Origin: Deltaproteobacteria bacterium
GTDB taxonomy: Bacteria > SAR324 > NAC60-12
Length of the DNA: 25,776 nt
Reading direction: 5' to 3'
Assembly: GCA_038150265.1 (NCBI GenBank)
Contig: JAYOTF010000042.1
Location: 1 to 25,776 of the forward strand
Position 1 is the first letter of the stretch. Every line of letters starts with the position of its first letter. Under the pieces are notes generated by a model, which saw nothing but the letters and a program-made list of their open reading frames with translations, had not been told where the DNA came from and did not search any database. The position numbers and the translations under genes were made by a program. Below are positions 1 to 9,649 of this stretch, in pieces.

Positions 1-56
1 TCGGCATTATTGATTATTTTGCTCACGCCGTTTAGGCCCTTCCCATGGAGTCACGC

Positions 57-836
57 ATGTCTTCGCCGATTTCCCCTTTCATCGATCTTGCGACCACGGA
101 TCAGGGCATCTACCAGACCCTCTCTCAGGTCCGTCAGCTGGACCAGCAAATTGACACCGCCCGCGCCGCGCTGGATCAGCAACTCCGCGAGTGCGAATCC
201 TTGCAGAAGCAGCACGATACCCTGCAGCAGCAGAGCACCGAGCTGAAGGGCAAGATTGCGCTTCAGGACGATTTCATCAACAAGCTGGAAACCCAGGTTC
301 CGCTCATCCGGAATGAAAAGGAATTTGTCGCCAGCAAGAAGCAGCTCGAAGAAGGCCGCAAGCACCGGGGCCAGATTGAAGAGGTGCAGCTGGAGATTGA
401 AATCCGCCGCGAAGAGATCGCCGAGCGCCTCAGCACCCTCCGGAGTGCCGCAGAGGCGATGCAGTCGGATTTTGAAAGCCAGACCGCAGAACTGCAGCAG
501 CAGCGGGACGCCCTGCAGTCCGGACTGGATGAGCTGCACGCGCAGCAGCAGGTGCTTCTGGAAAAGATTCCGGCCCGCATCCGGAAGTTTTACGAGAAGT
601 TCCTGGAGCGCGGACAGACCAAACCGATCTGCGCAGTGTCCAAGTCTGACCCCACCAAAAAAGGCGCCTCGGGCGAGTGGGGCTGCACCGGTTGCAACAT
701 GGTCATTCCTCCGCAGCTGGTGAATGAGATGATTGCCGATCCGGTGACCCCGAAAAACTGCCCCCACTGCCAGCGGTTGCTCTTCCTGCCGCCAGAGGTT
801 TCTGAGCCGGAAGCGTCTGAAACGGAATGCGCCTGA
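57..836 (+). CDS. Coiled-coil protein with C-terminal C4 zinc ribbon (DUF164/CT398/HP0958-like)
   Basis: Long Q/E/L heptad-rich helical region followed by CTGCNMVIPPQ...CPHCQRLL. GGAG at 47-50 favours ATG 57 over ORF-track start 45. Confidence 0.85.
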   Translation: MSSPISPFIDLATTDQGIYQTLSQVRQLDQQIDTARAALDQQLRECESLQKQHDTLQQQSTELKGKIALQDDFINKLETQVPLIRNEKEFVASKKQLEEGRKHRGQIEEVQLEIEIRREEIAERLSTLRSAAEAMQSDFESQTAELQQQRDALQSGLDELHAQQQVLLEKIPARIRKFYEKFLERGQTKPICAVSKSDPTKKGASGEWGCTGCNMVIPPQLVNEMIADPVTPKNCPHCQRLLFLPPEVSEPEASETECA

Positions 837-1120
837 GCCCCTGGTGGGGCGCCTCCCTGCTGGGGCTGACGGCCTGTGCCCCAACGGCGCCGGAGAAGCT
901 CTACCCGTACCAGCCGGTGCGGGAAGCCGACTACCTCTGCCGCCTGGCGTACACCGAGCCCTATGACCAGAATCAGGCCTGGACCCGGAAGCGTCCGGTG
1001 ATGGTGGTGGTCCATGCTCAGCAGGCCACCGTGTACTTTGAAAATGACCAGACCCAGAACCTTCCCCTGGAGCCAGGGCTGGTCATTCCTCCGGGAACGT
1101 ATCCCTGTCCGCAGGGCTAG
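827..1120 (+). CDS. Small putative lipoprotein, unknown function
   Basis: MRLSPWWGASLLGLTAC: basic N-terminus, hydrophobic stretch, lipobox LTA-C. Overlaps upstream gene by 10 nt and fills the gap to the convergent gene. Confidence 0.6.
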   Translation: MRLSPWWGASLLGLTACAPTAPEKLYPYQPVREADYLCRLAYTEPYDQNQAWTRKRPVMVVVHAQQATVYFENDQTQNLPLEPGLVIPPGTYPCPQG

Positions 1121-2457
1121 ACGTTCAGGAGCAGGTACTCCCGTTCCCAGGTGCTGATGACCTTGTAGAAGGCCTCAAACTCGCTCCGTTTGATGGCGCA
1201 GTACACCTTCACAAATTTCTCTCCAAACAACTCCTGCAGCTTTTCGGCATCCTCCATCTCCCGGAGGGCCTCTTCCAGACTGCGGGGCAGCTCAAAGTCA
1301 AACTCGTAGGCGCTCCCCCGGACGGGTTCCGTGGGGGTCAGTCCTTCAATGATGCCGAGCAGTCCGCAGCCCAGGCTGGTGGCAATGGCGAGGTACGGGT
1401 TCACATCGGCGCCAGCAAGCCGATTTTCCACACGGCGGTTGGCTGCTTCACTGACGGGAACCCTCAAGCCGACGGTTCGGTTGTCCACGCCCCACTGCAC
1501 ATTGATCGGAGCGGAGTTGTCCGGGTAGATGCGCCGGTAGGAGTTGACGTTGGGGCCGAGCATGGGCATGGCCTGGGGCAGGTACTTCTGCAGACCGGCG
1601 ATGTAGGAAAGGAACTCGGGGGAGTTGTTGCCGTTCTCCTTGGAGAAGAGGTTCTTGCCGGTCTTCTTGTCGACCACGGACTGGTGAATGTGCAGCGAGC
1701 TTCCGGGCTGGTCGGACATCGGCTTGGCCATGAAGGTCGCATAGACCTTGTGCCGGAAGGCGGTCTCGCGCATGGTCCGTTTGAAGAGGTACACGTGATC
1801 CGCCAGCCGCATCGGGTCCCCATGGAGGAAGTTGATCTCCATCTGGGCGCTTCCGGCCTCATGCGTCAGGGCATCAATGTCCAGCTCCTGAGCCTCGCAG
1901 TACTCGTACATGTCCTCAAAGATCGGGTCAAACTCATTGAGCGCGTCAATTCCGTAAAACTGCCCTGTGGCTTCCGGGCGTCCGGAGCGACCGACAGGCG
2001 GCGAGAGCGGGTAGTCGGGATCCTTGTTGATTTTGGTGAGGTAAAATTCCAACTCCGGAGCGACCACAGGCACCAGGTTGCGCTCTTCATACATCCGGAG
2101 GATGCGTCGCAGCAGGTTCCGGGGAGAAAGCTCCACAGGCATGCCATCGTGGTGAAAGCAGTCGTGGATGACCTGAGCCGTGGGCTCATCCACCCAGGGG
2201 ACCAGGCAGATGGTGGCCGCGTCTGGCTGAAGCTGCATGTCGATCTCTGCCGGATCCACCCGGTAGAGGTCGTTGTAGTCCAGCCACTGGCCGGTCACGG
2301 TTTGAAGGAAGACGGCTTCCGGAAGCCGGAGGCCTTCGTTTTTGAGGAACTTGCGGGCAGGCATGATTTTGCCGCGAGCGATTCCTGTGATATCAGGAAT
2401 GAGGCACTCGACCTCGCTGATCTTGTGCTCAGCAATCCATTGTTCAATGGAGTTCAT
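1117..2457 (-). CDS. Glutamine synthetase family protein, gamma-glutamyl-polyamine/amine ligase (PuuA/PauA-like)
   Basis: PDITGIARGK, APELEFYL, HEAGSAQMEIN, ATFMAKP, GSSLHIHQS, NSYRR, DNRTVGLRVP, RVENRLAGADVNPYL and ISTWEREYLL motifs. Confidence 0.85.
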   Translation of the reverse strand: MNSIEQWIAEHKISEVECLIPDITGIARGKIMPARKFLKNEGLRLPEAVFLQTVTGQWLDYNDLYRVDPAEIDMQLQPDAATICLVPWVDEPTAQVIHDCFHHDGMPVELSPRNLLRRILRMYEERNLVPVVAPELEFYLTKINKDPDYPLSPPVGRSGRPEATGQFYGIDALNEFDPIFEDMYEYCEAQELDIDALTHEAGSAQMEINFLHGDPMRLADHVYLFKRTMRETAFRHKVYATFMAKPMSDQPGSSLHIHQSVVDKKTGKNLFSKENGNNSPEFLSYIAGLQKYLPQAMPMLGPNVNSYRRIYPDNSAPINVQWGVDNRTVGLRVPVSEAANRRVENRLAGADVNPYLAIATSLGCGLLGIIEGLTPTEPVRGSAYEFDFELPRSLEEALREMEDAEKLQELFGEKFVKVYCAIKRSEFEAFYKVISTWEREYLLLNV

Positions 2458-2583
2458 AGTTCACCTGTAAGGTCAATCAAGCGGTAAGACCCTAACGATA
2501 AACCAGTTTTTGCACAGAAAACAAGGGGGTGCCCCAAAAAGGGCTCTGGAGGAAGCAGGACTCAAGGGGAGAGGAAGGGCGCC

Positions 2584-2607
2584 TTCAGGCTCCGGAAGGA
2601 GCCTGAA
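2584..2607 (-). terminator. Perfect 10-bp hairpin just 3' of the flagellin stop (terminator or 3' stabiliser)
   Basis: TTCAGGCTCC-GGAA-GGAGCCTGAA; no clear U-tract after it on the minus strand. Confidence 0.55.
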
Positions 2608-2618
2608 ACCCACCTCCA

Positions 2619-4205
2619 TCAGCGGATGAGCTGGAGGACGGACTGAGGACGCTGGTTGGCCTGAGCAAGCATCGCCTGGCTGGCAGAGAGCTGGATCTGC
2701 TCCCGGGCCAGGTTCGACATCTGCTCTGCGACGTCGGCGTCTCGCAGGCTGGATTCGGCTCGGACCGAATTTTCGTTGGCCACCTGCATCAGGTTCGAGG
2801 TCCGCTGCACCCGGTTCTTCTGGAAGGCTCCGACGTCAGCCCGCATTTCGGCGACCTCGTCAATGGCCTTGGTGATCACACGGCTGGCATCCACGGCGCC
2901 CTGTGTGGTGGTCACGTCAATGTCGGCGAGGCTCCGGAAGCCGCTCTTGTTGTCCACTCCAAGGGCCATGCGGTTGGTCCGGACGTCAGGCAGCGAGTAG
3001 GTGGTCAGCTTCTCCTTGGAGCCCAGCAGGAACTGCGGGGACTGCTGGGAGATGTGCAGGTAGCCATCCACCATGCCCTGGCGGATGCCTTCCGGTTGCA
3101 CCTGAACCAGCTCCACCGAAGTGACGGCTCCGTTCTCATCGTAAGTGAACTTTTCCTCAAATCCGACATCCAGGTCAAAGCGAACCACCGCGCCTTCCGC
3201 CTCAATGCCGGTGCCGCCGGTGAGGAGTTGGCCTTTGCCAATGGCCTGCTCACCGTTGAAGGTGCCCTGGACGTCCTTGCCCAGCGTGCAGCGGTCAGCA
3301 ATGTTGACCTTGTCGGTGATCAGTCCCGGCATGGTGCAGGAGACGCTGAAGCGTGGGTCGCTTCCGTACTGCTTGTGCTGCAGCACCAGCAGGCCGTTTT
3401 CGCTGAACCACGCATCCACGGGAACCCCGGCTTCATCAAGGGCCTTCTGCAGGTGCACCCCCACGACCGAGCGGATCTGCTCCGAGACGTTGTCCGGGTT
3501 GTAGTTGTCCGGATTGTCGTAGTAGCTGTTGAGGATCTGAGTCAACTCCCGGCCCACGTCACCGCGTCGGGTGTCCATCTCGGCAACCTTGCCCTGCTCC
3601 TGAACGGTAATCTGGAAGCCCTCTCCAATGCTTTCAAGGGTCAGCGGAAGCTTCCCGACCTTGTAGGACTTGGAGGCGACCTGGGTGATGTCGATCTCGT
3701 ACCCCTGCACCGGAGAGACGCCGGTTTCTGCTGATGCCTCGAGGAAGGTCAGGTGGTCGCCAACGGTCACCCCATTGACGCCGCGGCTGCCGTCCAGCAG
3801 TTTGTTCTCCCCAAAGCTGGTGCTCCGGGCGATGTTGTTGATTGAGCCCATCAGGTACTCGAGCTCCATCTGATCCGCGCCCAGGGTGTCTGGGTCATTG
3901 GCGGCTTCGTTGGCCGCATGGATGGTGATCTGCTTCATGCGGGTGAGGATGCCACTGATCTCCGAGAGCGCGCCCTCAGCCGTCTGAAGCATCGACACCG
4001 AGGCCTCATTGTTGCGGCTGGCCTGGTTCAGGGCGGAGATCCGACCTCGCATTTTTTCCGAGGCAATCAGAGTGGAAGGTCCGTCCATGGCCTTCGTGAT
4101 CGCTTCCCCGGAACTGAGCTTGCCGATGGTGTTTTGAACCGCCTGGTGCTGTTCATTGGCACGCCTCATGACGTTTAGAGCCAGCGGGTTGTTCTTGATG
4201 ATCAT
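2619..4205 (-). CDS. fliC: Flagellin (528 aa, large variable central domain)
   Basis: N-terminal KLSSG...SMLQTAEGALSEI...AAN and C-terminal RADVGAFQKNR...AESSLRDADVA...QAMLAQANQRPQSVLQLI flagellin helices. Confidence 0.92.
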   Translation of the reverse strand: MIIKNNPLALNVMRRANEQHQAVQNTIGKLSSGEAITKAMDGPSTLIASEKMRGRISALNQASRNNEASVSMLQTAEGALSEISGILTRMKQITIHAANEAANDPDTLGADQMELEYLMGSINNIARSTSFGENKLLDGSRGVNGVTVGDHLTFLEASAETGVSPVQGYEIDITQVASKSYKVGKLPLTLESIGEGFQITVQEQGKVAEMDTRRGDVGRELTQILNSYYDNPDNYNPDNVSEQIRSVVGVHLQKALDEAGVPVDAWFSENGLLVLQHKQYGSDPRFSVSCTMPGLITDKVNIADRCTLGKDVQGTFNGEQAIGKGQLLTGGTGIEAEGAVVRFDLDVGFEEKFTYDENGAVTSVELVQVQPEGIRQGMVDGYLHISQQSPQFLLGSKEKLTTYSLPDVRTNRMALGVDNKSGFRSLADIDVTTTQGAVDASRVITKAIDEVAEMRADVGAFQKNRVQRTSNLMQVANENSVRAESSLRDADVAEQMSNLAREQIQLSASQAMLAQANQRPQSVLQLIR

Positions 4206-4220
4206 AGGACATCCATGCCT
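4206..4220 (-). promoter_or_regulatory. CsrA/RsmA-type binding hairpin overlapping the flagellin RBS
   Basis: Minus strand AGGCATGGATGTCCT directly before ATG: ANGGA in the loop of a short stem. Confidence 0.6.
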
Positions 4221-4268
4221 AGTAAAATTCGGATCAGGCTGCGCTTCGCTGCGGCCTTGTTTCCTCCT

Positions 4269-4295
4269 ACATCGGCAATTCCGGACATTTCTTTA
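4269..4295 (-). promoter_or_regulatory. Sigma28 (FliA) promoter of flagellin
   Basis: Minus strand TAAA-N15-GCCGATGT versus consensus TAAA-N15-GCCGATAA. Confidence 0.85.
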
Positions 4296-4340
4296 GCGTT
4301 TTCCCCATTTTTCCGCACAAAACGGCGGCAGGAGGCTCGG

Positions 4341-4368
4341 TTGACTTTCCTCAGAGGCGGGGTATTCT
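4341..4368 (+). promoter_or_regulatory. Putative sigma70 promoter for pirin
   Basis: TTGACT-N16-TATTCT. Confidence 0.5.
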
Positions 4369-4472
4369 TTCCGGAACAGTTCGAATTCTTTCCCTCACCA
4401 GGAACCCCTGGAAGTAGCGGAGCCTCCTCCTGAGCCCCTGACTCCCAAGGTTCCCAAGACATACGGTTCCTC

Positions 4473-5489
4473 ATGGCTGCTCCCGCTCCGATGCGCATTG
4501 AGCCGCTGGGTTTTCCCTGGCAAACGGCTGATCCCTTCCTCTTCTGCGTCTACCACCTCGATTTCTACCCAGCCGGTAACGCGGAGCTGGGTCCGGAGGC
4601 CTCGTTACGGGGGCGGGACCTCGGACAGGATTTTGCCGGAATTGACGGCTGGCGGATGTATCACGGACAAAAAGTCCCCGGCTTCCCGGTGCACCCCCAC
4701 CGCGGGTTTGAAACCGTGACGGTGGTCCGGAAAGGGCTGGTGGACCACGCCGACTCACTGGGCGCCGCCGGACGCTATGGCGGAGGGGATGTGCAGTGGC
4801 TGACGGCTGGAGCCGGCATCCAGCACTCCGAAATGTTCCCCCTCCTCCAGCGCATTGGCGCCAACACCCTGGAGTTGTTTCAGATCTGGCTCAACCTGCC
4901 GAAGCGCAACAAGATGGCCGACCCGCACTTCAAGATGTTCTGGCGAGACCAGATCCCGGTGCAGCGGCTGCACGATGGCTTTGGCCGTAGCGTGGTCGTG
5001 ACGCAGTACGCAGGCGCCCTGGAGGCCACTCCGGCCCTGGCGCCTCCTCCGGATTCGTGGGCGGCCGAGCCGGAAAACGAGGTGGCAATTTGGGTGCTGG
5101 AGCTGGAGCCCCATGCCACCTGGACGCTTCCGGAGGTTCGGTCGGGCGTCAACCGGCGGCTTTACCTTTATGAAGGAGACACCGTCACCCTCAACGAACA
5201 GCCTCTGCCGGTGAACCACATGGCTGAAGTCCCGGAAGCCCCCCTCACGCTGACCAACGGAGAGGGCTTCTCCCGCCTGCTGCTGCTGCAGGGACGTCCC
5301 ATTGGCGAACCCGTCACGCAGTACGGCCCCTTCGTCATGAACACGCGCGCCGAGATCCAGCAGGCCTTTGGCGACTACCAGCGGACGCAGTTTGGCGGGT
5401 GGCCCTGGGACCGTCCGGACCCGATTCATGGAACCGCCCCCACCCGTTTTGCGCGACATGCGAACGGAGAAGAGGAGCATCCGGAGTAA
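4473..5489 (+). CDS. Pirin family protein (bicupin)
   Basis: DPFLFCVYH, GFPVHPHRGFETVT, DHADSLG, GDVQWLTAGAGIQHSE, FQIWLNLP and EPVTQYGPFVMNT. Confidence 0.93.
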   Translation: MAAPAPMRIEPLGFPWQTADPFLFCVYHLDFYPAGNAELGPEASLRGRDLGQDFAGIDGWRMYHGQKVPGFPVHPHRGFETVTVVRKGLVDHADSLGAAGRYGGGDVQWLTAGAGIQHSEMFPLLQRIGANTLELFQIWLNLPKRNKMADPHFKMFWRDQIPVQRLHDGFGRSVVVTQYAGALEATPALAPPPDSWAAEPENEVAIWVLELEPHATWTLPEVRSGVNRRLYLYEGDTVTLNEQPLPVNHMAEVPEAPLTLTNGEGFSRLLLLQGRPIGEPVTQYGPFVMNTRAEIQQAFGDYQRTQFGGWPWDRPDPIHGTAPTRFARHANGEEEHPE

Positions 5490-5505
5490 AAGGCACGTTC
5501 CGCAG

Positions 5506-5534
5506 TTGCCTTTGCGCAGGGGGAGCGTTACGCT
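5506..5534 (+). promoter_or_regulatory. Possible sigma70 promoter for the acyl-CoA dehydrogenase-fadB pair
   Basis: TTGCCT-N17-TACGCT. Confidence 0.35.
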
Positions 5535-5609
5535 GAATTCATCCCGACTTCCCCTTTAAGGAAAAAGAATCTCGCCTTCCTGAACATCATCATTCTTTTG
5601 AGGACAATC

Positions 5610-7457
5610 ATGAGCAGCACCGACCTAGTTGTGGACCTCCCCGAAATCCGGTTTGTCGTCAACGAGTGGCTCCGGGTGGCACAGCTCAGTGAGCAGGAGC
5701 GCTACCAGGCCTTTGACGCGGAAACCGTGGACCTGATGCTCCAGGAGTCTGCCACCTTTGCCACCGAAGTGGTGGCGCCAACCCGACAGGAAACGGACCG
5801 CCAGGGCTCATGGATGGAAGACGGCCGGGTCAAGGTGGCGGACTGCATGAAAACACCGTACCGCCAGGCCTATGAGCTGGGCTGGGGCTCGATCACCAGC
5901 GATCCGGAATACGGGGGGCAGGGCGCGCCATCGACCCTCGGGCTGGCGGTCAATGAAGGCCTGATTGGGGGCAACCAGGCGGTCTCGTCCTTCTTCGGAC
6001 TGACGGAAGGCTGCGCACGGCTGATCCTCTCCTTCGGGACGGAAGCGCTGAAGCGCAAGTACGTGCCTCACATGCTGTCCGGACGCTTCAATGGGACAAT
6101 GTGCCTCAGCGAGCCGCAGGCCGGTTCCGATGTGGGCGCAGCCACCACAACGGCAGAGCCGCAAGACGACGGGACCTACCTCATCAAGGGGACCAAGGTC
6201 TGGATCTCCAACGGCGACAGCGACCTGGTGGAAAACACCATCCACGCCGTGCTGGCCCGCATCAAGGGCGCTGGCCCTGGAACCGGCGGCCTGAGCCTCT
6301 TCCTCGTCCCACGGTTGCTGGTCAACGAAGACGGCTCCCTTGGCGAGCCCAATGACGTGGGGGTGGGCTCCATTGAGCACAAGATGGGCCTCCATGGAAG
6401 CCCAACCTGTGTGATGAACTTCGGGGAGGCCGGACACTGCCGAGGCTGGCTGCTGGGCCAGGAGCACAAGGGCATGTCCGAGATGTTCCAGATGATGAAC
6501 GAAGCCCGGCTGGCCACCGCTGCCCTGGGGCTGGGGCTGGCCAGTGCCGCGCACCAGAATGCCCTCTCCTATGCGAAGGAGCGGCTGCAGGGCTCCCACA
6601 TTTCGCAGATGCGGGTTCCGGATGCGCCTCGGGTGGCCATCGTGGAGCACCCGGCGGTGCGCTTCAACCTCATGCAGATGCGGGCCCGGGTGGAAGCCAT
6701 GCGCGCCCTGCTGTATGGCACCACCTTTGAGCTCGATCAGGTGCATCAGGCCTCCTCTCCGGAAGCCGCCAAACCGCATCAGGACCTGGTGGAGCTGCTC
6801 ACACCGATGTGCAAGGGGTTCTGCACCGAGACGGGCATTGAGACCATCAACATCGGCATCCAGGTGCTCGGAGGCGTGGGCTACACTCAGGACTTCCCCC
6901 TCGAACAGCTCTTCCGAGACGCCCGGGTCACGGCCATCTATGAAGGGACCACCGACATTCAGGCCCTCGACCTCGTGGGCCGGAAGATGACGGCTCACAA
7001 CGGCGCCCTGTTCATGAACCTCCTCACGCGCTTCGGGGAGTTCATTGGCGCCCACCAGTCTCACCCCCGGCTGGGACCGCTCTGCAGCACCTGGGAAGCC
7101 TCGTGCAGCACCCTCTCGGACCTCGCCTTGAGTGCCCAGAAGGTGGTCCTGACCCGAGGCATGGAAGGGGTGGCGCTTTATGCAACACCGTTCCTGATGT
7201 TCACCTCGGCCGTTACCGCCTCCTGGTTCCTCCTGCAGCAGGGGCGGGTGGCCTCCGATCGGCTGGACGAGCTGGCCCAGGCCCATGGCGCCGATCCAGA
7301 CGATGAGGCCTTCCTCCGGGAACACGAAGACGCCCGCTTTTACAGCACCAAGCTCCGGACCGTCCGGTTCTTCCTGGAAAGCGTGGTGCCACAATTCGAA
7401 GCGCCCCTCGCTGGCGCCCGGCAACAGAACTACGACCCGCTCGACATCCTGCTCTAA
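5610..7457 (+). CDS. Acyl-CoA dehydrogenase (long ~600 aa DmdC/FadE5-like subfamily)
   Basis: GTMCLSEPQAGSDVG, IKGTKVWIS, EHKMGLHGSPTC, MFQMMNEARL, IYEGTTDIQALDLVGRK; GAGG RBS before ATG 5610. Confidence 0.9.
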   Translation: MSSTDLVVDLPEIRFVVNEWLRVAQLSEQERYQAFDAETVDLMLQESATFATEVVAPTRQETDRQGSWMEDGRVKVADCMKTPYRQAYELGWGSITSDPEYGGQGAPSTLGLAVNEGLIGGNQAVSSFFGLTEGCARLILSFGTEALKRKYVPHMLSGRFNGTMCLSEPQAGSDVGAATTTAEPQDDGTYLIKGTKVWISNGDSDLVENTIHAVLARIKGAGPGTGGLSLFLVPRLLVNEDGSLGEPNDVGVGSIEHKMGLHGSPTCVMNFGEAGHCRGWLLGQEHKGMSEMFQMMNEARLATAALGLGLASAAHQNALSYAKERLQGSHISQMRVPDAPRVAIVEHPAVRFNLMQMRARVEAMRALLYGTTFELDQVHQASSPEAAKPHQDLVELLTPMCKGFCTETGIETINIGIQVLGGVGYTQDFPLEQLFRDARVTAIYEGTTDIQALDLVGRKMTAHNGALFMNLLTRFGEFIGAHQSHPRLGPLCSTWEASCSTLSDLALSAQKVVLTRGMEGVALYATPFLMFTSAVTASWFLLQQGRVASDRLDELAQAHGADPDDEAFLREHEDARFYSTKLRTVRFFLESVVPQFEAPLAGARQQNYDPLDILL

Positions 7458-7492
7458 TCACCCGCCTTTGATGGCTCACTGAAGGGAGGCTC

Positions 7493-9649
7493 ATGACTTA
7501 CCAAGGGAAGGCGCTCCGCGTCACACCACTCGACAACGGACTGCTTGAACTCTGCTTTGACCTGCAGGGCGAGTCGGTCAACAAGTTCAACCAAACCACC
7601 CTCACCGAACTCCGGGAGGTGGTGGACCAGTTGGCCAACCAGCCAGAGGTCCGGGGCGTGCTGGTGACCAGTGCCAAGGACGTCTTCATCGTTGGCGCCG
7701 ACATCACCGAATTCCTCACACATTTTCAGATGCCGCAAGCAGAGCTGCAGCAGTGGGTGATGAAGGCGCAGCAGGTGTTTACCGACTTTGAAAACCTCGA
7801 GTTTCCCACAGTGGTCGCCATCAATGGCTTTGCCCTTGGCGGTGGCTTTGAGATGGCGCTGGCCTGCTCCTATCGGGTGGTGTCTTCCCAAGCCAAGGTG
7901 GGGCAACCGGAGGTGAAGCTGGGCCTCATTCCCGGATTCGGAGGGACGTCTCGCCTCCCGCGTCTGATTGGAGTGGACAATGCGCTGGAATGGATGGCCG
8001 CAGGCGGAGACTACTCCGGAGCCGCCGCGCTCAAGCACGGGGCGGTGGACGCAGTGGTGGAGCCGGAAGACGTTCGAGCCGCCGCCCGATCCCTCCTCAA
8101 TCGTCTGGTTGAGGGATCGCTGGACTGGCGCGCCCGTCGAGAAAGCCTCCGGGGGCCACTGCAGCTCAATGAAAACGAGGGCCTGATGGCGTTTGAAACC
8201 GCCCGGGCCTTCATTGCCTCGAAAGCGGGCAAGCACTACCCGGCGCCGCTGACCCTGGTGGGCGTGGTGCAGGCGTGTGCCTCCATGAACCTGGTGGAGG
8301 CCCTTGCGGTTGAAGCCGAAGGGTTTGCCGAGCTGGCCAAAACCGATGTGGCCACAGCACTGGTGGGCATCTTCCTCGGGGATCAGCTGGTCAAGAAAAA
8401 AGCCAAGAGCTTTGCCCGGCAGGGCCAGCAGGTCTCCCGGACAGGCGTGCTGGGAGCCGGCATCATGGGAGGCGGTGTGGCTTATCAAAGCGCCTACAAA
8501 CGCATCCCGATTGTCATGAAGGACATTGCCCAGGGCCAGCTGGACCTCGGCATGACGGAAGCCTCGAAGATTCTGCAGAAGGGCATTGACCGCGGCAAGA
8601 CGACTCCGAAGCAGATGGCCGAGACCCTCACCCGCATCCTCCCGTCCCTTTCCTATGAGCCGCTGAAGGACGTGGACCTCGTGGTGGAGGCGGTGGTGGA
8701 GAAGGAGTCCGTCAAGAAGCAGGTCTATCAGGAGCTGGCCGAGGTCCTCGGTCCGGAGGCGGTGATTGCCTCCAACACCTCCACCATCTCCATCTCTCGC
8801 CTGGCCGAGGGCGTTCCCCATCCGGAGCGCTTCTGTGGCATGCACTTCTTCAATCCGGTCCACCGCATGCCGCTTGTGGAGGTCATCCGGGGAGAGAAGA
8901 CCAGCGAGGCCGCGATTGCGACCACGGTGGCATACGCAAGCGCCATGGGGAAGAGCCCCATTGTCGTCAACGACTGCCCGGGTTTTCTCGTCAACCGGAT
9001 CCTCTTCCCTTACTTTGCCGGCTTCAACAGCCTCATCCGCGAGGGCGTGGACTTTGAGCGCATCGACCGTGTCATGGAGAAGCAGTTTGGCTGGCCCATG
9101 GGCCCGGCGTTTCTGCTGGATGTCGTTGGCATTGACACCGCCTGCCATGCCGAGGGCGTCATGGCCGAAGGCTTCCCGGACCGCATGAGCTCCGAGTCAG
9201 AAACCATTGCGCAGTTCATGTTCCGGAAGGGTCGGTACGGACAGAAGAACAACCTGGGCTTCTACCACCACAGCACCGACAAGAAGGGCAAGCCCCTGAA
9301 GACTCGGGCGGAAGACGTGGACGGGGTGCTGGCCGAGTTCCTCCAGGGCGACGGCTCTGGTGTGAGTGATGCCGACATCATCAACCGCCTGATGCTCCCG
9401 ATGCTGACGGAAAGCTCGCGGTGTCTGGAAGACAACATTGTGGAGTCACCGGCTGAAGTGGACATGGGGCTCGTCTATGGCCTGGGCTTTCCTCCGTTCC
9501 GGGGGGGCATCTTCCGCTGGGCCGACGCCGTGGGCGTGGGCGAGTTGGTGACGCGTCTGGAGGCTCATGCTGCCTACGGAGCGCTTTACACGCCCACTCG
9601 GCAGCTCGCTGATCGGGCCCAGTCCGGGGAACGCTTCTACCCCGTCTGA
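7493..9649 (+). CDS. fadB: Fatty acid oxidation complex alpha subunit (enoyl-CoA hydratase/3-hydroxyacyl-CoA dehydrogenase)
   Basis: [74 protein letters not shown]. Confidence 0.95.
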   Translation: MTYQGKALRVTPLDNGLLELCFDLQGESVNKFNQTTLTELREVVDQLANQPEVRGVLVTSAKDVFIVGADITEFLTHFQMPQAELQQWVMKAQQVFTDFENLEFPTVVAINGFALGGGFEMALACSYRVVSSQAKVGQPEVKLGLIPGFGGTSRLPRLIGVDNALEWMAAGGDYSGAAALKHGAVDAVVEPEDVRAAARSLLNRLVEGSLDWRARRESLRGPLQLNENEGLMAFETARAFIASKAGKHYPAPLTLVGVVQACASMNLVEALAVEAEGFAELAKTDVATALVGIFLGDQLVKKKAKSFARQGQQVSRTGVLGAGIMGGGVAYQSAYKRIPIVMKDIAQGQLDLGMTEASKILQKGIDRGKTTPKQMAETLTRILPSLSYEPLKDVDLVVEAVVEKESVKKQVYQELAEVLGPEAVIASNTSTISISRLAEGVPHPERFCGMHFFNPVHRMPLVEVIRGEKTSEAAIATTVAYASAMGKSPIVVNDCPGFLVNRILFPYFAGFNSLIREGVDFERIDRVMEKQFGWPMGPAFLLDVVGIDTACHAEGVMAEGFPDRMSSESETIAQFMFRKGRYGQKNNLGFYHHSTDKKGKPLKTRAEDVDGVLAEFLQGDGSGVSDADIINRLMLPMLTESSRCLEDNIVESPAEVDMGLVYGLGFPPFRGGIFRWADAVGVGELVTRLEAHAAYGALYTPTRQLADRAQSGERFYPV

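Noticed and set aside
2515..2535. Sigma54 promoter upstream of the GS-family gene
   Set aside because: GGCAC-N4-TTGT has wrong spacing and lacks the -12 GC.
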